Source: Octopus bimaculoides (lineage: Eukaryota). From it: 49,545 nucleotides of DNA. Location: contig NC_068982.1 in NCBI RefSeq assembly GCF_001194135.2, positions 78,332,879 to 78,382,423 of the forward strand, written 5' to 3'. This document shows, piece after piece, positions 47,081 to 49,545 of this stretch. The notes beneath the pieces were generated by a model. It was not told where the DNA came from. It made no database searches and saw only the letters and a list, made by a program, of their open reading frames with translations. A program made the translations under genes and the position numbers. Positions within the stretch are counted from its first letter, which is position 1. Every line of letters begins with the position of its first letter.

Positions 47081-49488
47081 GGTGATAACCCTTCACCACT
47101 CAAGATGCCTAATGAAACCAGATCCAGTTTCATTTCACTTTATGAAATATCATATGAGCTGAAAATTGTCCTACAAGTTTTTTTCTGCGGGATGGGGGTA
47201 TGCTAAGGAGCTAGCAAGGCTGTGTGGTTAAGAAGTTTGCTTACCAACTACATTGTTTAAGGTTCAGTCCCACTGTGTGGTATCTTGTGCAAGTGGCATC
47301 TTGTGCAAGTGGCATCTAAATATAGCCTTGTGTCAACAAATGCCTTCTGGCAGGCAGAATTTGGCAGACAGAAACTATGTGGAAGCCTGTTGTATATGTG
47401 TGCGTGAGAGGGGGGGGAGAAAGAGAGGGGGATGAAGAGAGAAGGGGGAGGAAGAGAGAAGGGGAGGAAGAGAGAGAGGGGGAGGAAGAGAGGGAGGAAG
47501 AGAGAGAGAGAGAAAGAGTGTGTGAGAGTGAGAGTGTGTATGCGTGAGAGTATGTGTGTGAGTGAGTGAGAATGTGTGTATGAGTGTTTGCATCATGTTT
47601 AGATCTTGCTGCTTGATAGGTGATGTTGCTTTGTTTGCGCCTTGTAACTGAACAGGGTGGAAAAACGAAGTCAACAGAATTAGTACCAGACTTTAAAAAA
47701 TAAGTCCTGGAGGATCCATTTGTTTGATTAAATCCGTCAATGCAGTGCCCCAGCATGGTCACAGTCCAATGACTGAAACAAGTAAAACAATAAAGGAACA
47801 TCATCATCATTACCATTAACAAGAACAACGATTATGGCTGTAAATGAGTATCATTGCCCAACAAGCCATGTCTGGTCATGAGGAAATATTAATTAGCTGG
47901 GAAATAGGTATGGGTTGGTGAGAGGAAAGGCATCCAATCAGGGAAAAGTCAGCCAAAATTGGCCTCAAAAAAATTCATCTAGCCCATGCAAGCAAGGAAA
48001 AGGGTGGGGCGGAAAGGACATTAACCCTTTTGATACCAAGCCCTCTCAGACTACTCTGGTCCAATGATACAAACTTCCTGATTTATGACTGAACTAAATC
48101 AAAATCTTCAATCAAAACTTCATGTTAATTTATATTGCAGGTGCCAGCTTAATAAGTCTGGTTTCTTCTGGGCAAGTTGTTGGTCCCCCACAATTCAGTT
48201 GGATGATGGGGCTACCACCTTGGCAGAGAGCTGACACACTGTGGTCACTGTCAGTCTGGAACATCCCCGGGAGACCAGCTTGCCTTGGGTGGCCCTACCA
48301 GGAGCAAAGCTCCAGACACTAACGGTCTCTCAGATCTATGGAACATGCAAGCTCCTTTGCTACGACAAGGCCAGATCCACGAGGGAAATCAGATAGGATG
48401 CAGAGGGGCTGGCATGGGACCACCAGCGATAGAAAGCACTGGTGGACCTGGTTGAGTCTACACATGACGTCTCTGGGACCACTAACCTAGGATGACCCCA
48501 GCCCTATCAAGCAAGAGCATGAAGCAGCAAGCAGCTTAATAATGACAAAGTAATTTTCCTAAATTCTTCAGTATTTTACAAACTTAAGAGAAACAAAAGC
48601 AGTGTATTTCGCCAAGATAAATGGTAAAACAACAGCAACAATGAAGTTCTAAGGAATGAGGTGATGTTGGTCCCCAACAAAACTACAAAGTGCATCCTGT
48701 CTCCGCCCCTGCCACCAATGACACTCACTAACGAGAATTGTCTTAACAACTAATGACTACTTTTCGATTTGGCTGTAATTTTTAATCGATTGAATAGCTA
48801 TTTTGGTTGCACCACAACATTGTGTAAATATTAGCTGATACTTAACTATTTGTTCTTAGTACAATACAACCATCATCACCATTGCCACCACCACCATCAC
48901 AATTGAGCATATCATGTAACAAGCAAACAACAAAGTCGTTGAATGGTGTTTCAATACAGGCAGAGAAAGACAAGAGAGAATCTTGTGGTGACCTATTTGA
49001 GTGGAAAGGTGGTTGTAATAGTAGAAGATGGCCTGGTTTAGATTTTGGCTATATTTAACATTCATTGAGAATAGCATGGTGGGAAGAAGAAGGAGGATAG
49101 AGTGATGAAAGAAAGAGAGAAGAGATGGAGGGAGAGAGAGAAAGGGAGGTACAGCTGTTATCCAAACCAAATTGAAATTCATAGCATTGCACACACATAC
49201 ATACACTAACGGAAGTAAGCATATCATGTATGTGTGTGTGTGTGGAAACATTTAGGGTTATGCTTGTGTAACATCTTTTATAAATGATACCAGTGTTATA
49301 ATATCATATATATCTAAGTGTTGGTCCATTGCTTCATCTCTTTATTATATGCTCAACATGCACAGTTCTCAACTCAGAGCCAACTCTTCTGTAGAATTAC
49401 TTCTACTGATTAGTAAATTGGAGATTTAAAGTATTTTAGACCTTCCAAGTATTAATCTGGTGTTTACACAAGCATTTTGTTACCCATT

Positions 49489-49528
<40 letters not shown>

Positions 49529-49545
49529 ATATATGTGTGCATATA

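Overview
AT-rich, microsatellite- and SINE-dense metazoan genomic DNA. The repeat families look like those of Octopus/cephalopods (recognised from memory, not searched). There are five N gaps. The main content is a spliced protein-coding gene on the minus strand that the ORF track does not show. I assembled 12 exons by hand between 39160 and 11959 (1287 nt, 428 aa). All introns are GT-AG and the phases agree at every junction. Exons 4-12 are solid, exon 3 is probable and exons 1-2 are tentative. The product is a long coiled coil followed by what looks like a tandem RWD domain, and best fits the kinetochore protein Zwint-1 (Zwint/Kre28/Sos7 family). The rest is transposon debris: a probable LTR next to a frameshifted CCHC-knuckle LINE ORF1, Tc1/mariner and RTE remnants, a non-autonomous Helitron, hAT and piggyBac MITEs, three tRNA-derived SINE families, and Penelope-like inverted repeats carrying degenerate hammerhead motifs. 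I see no rRNA, true tRNA gene or CRISPR array, and no clearly new biological system. The best leads are the Zwint-like gene, a candidate poison exon, a splice-motif minisatellite and the hammerhead-like remnants.
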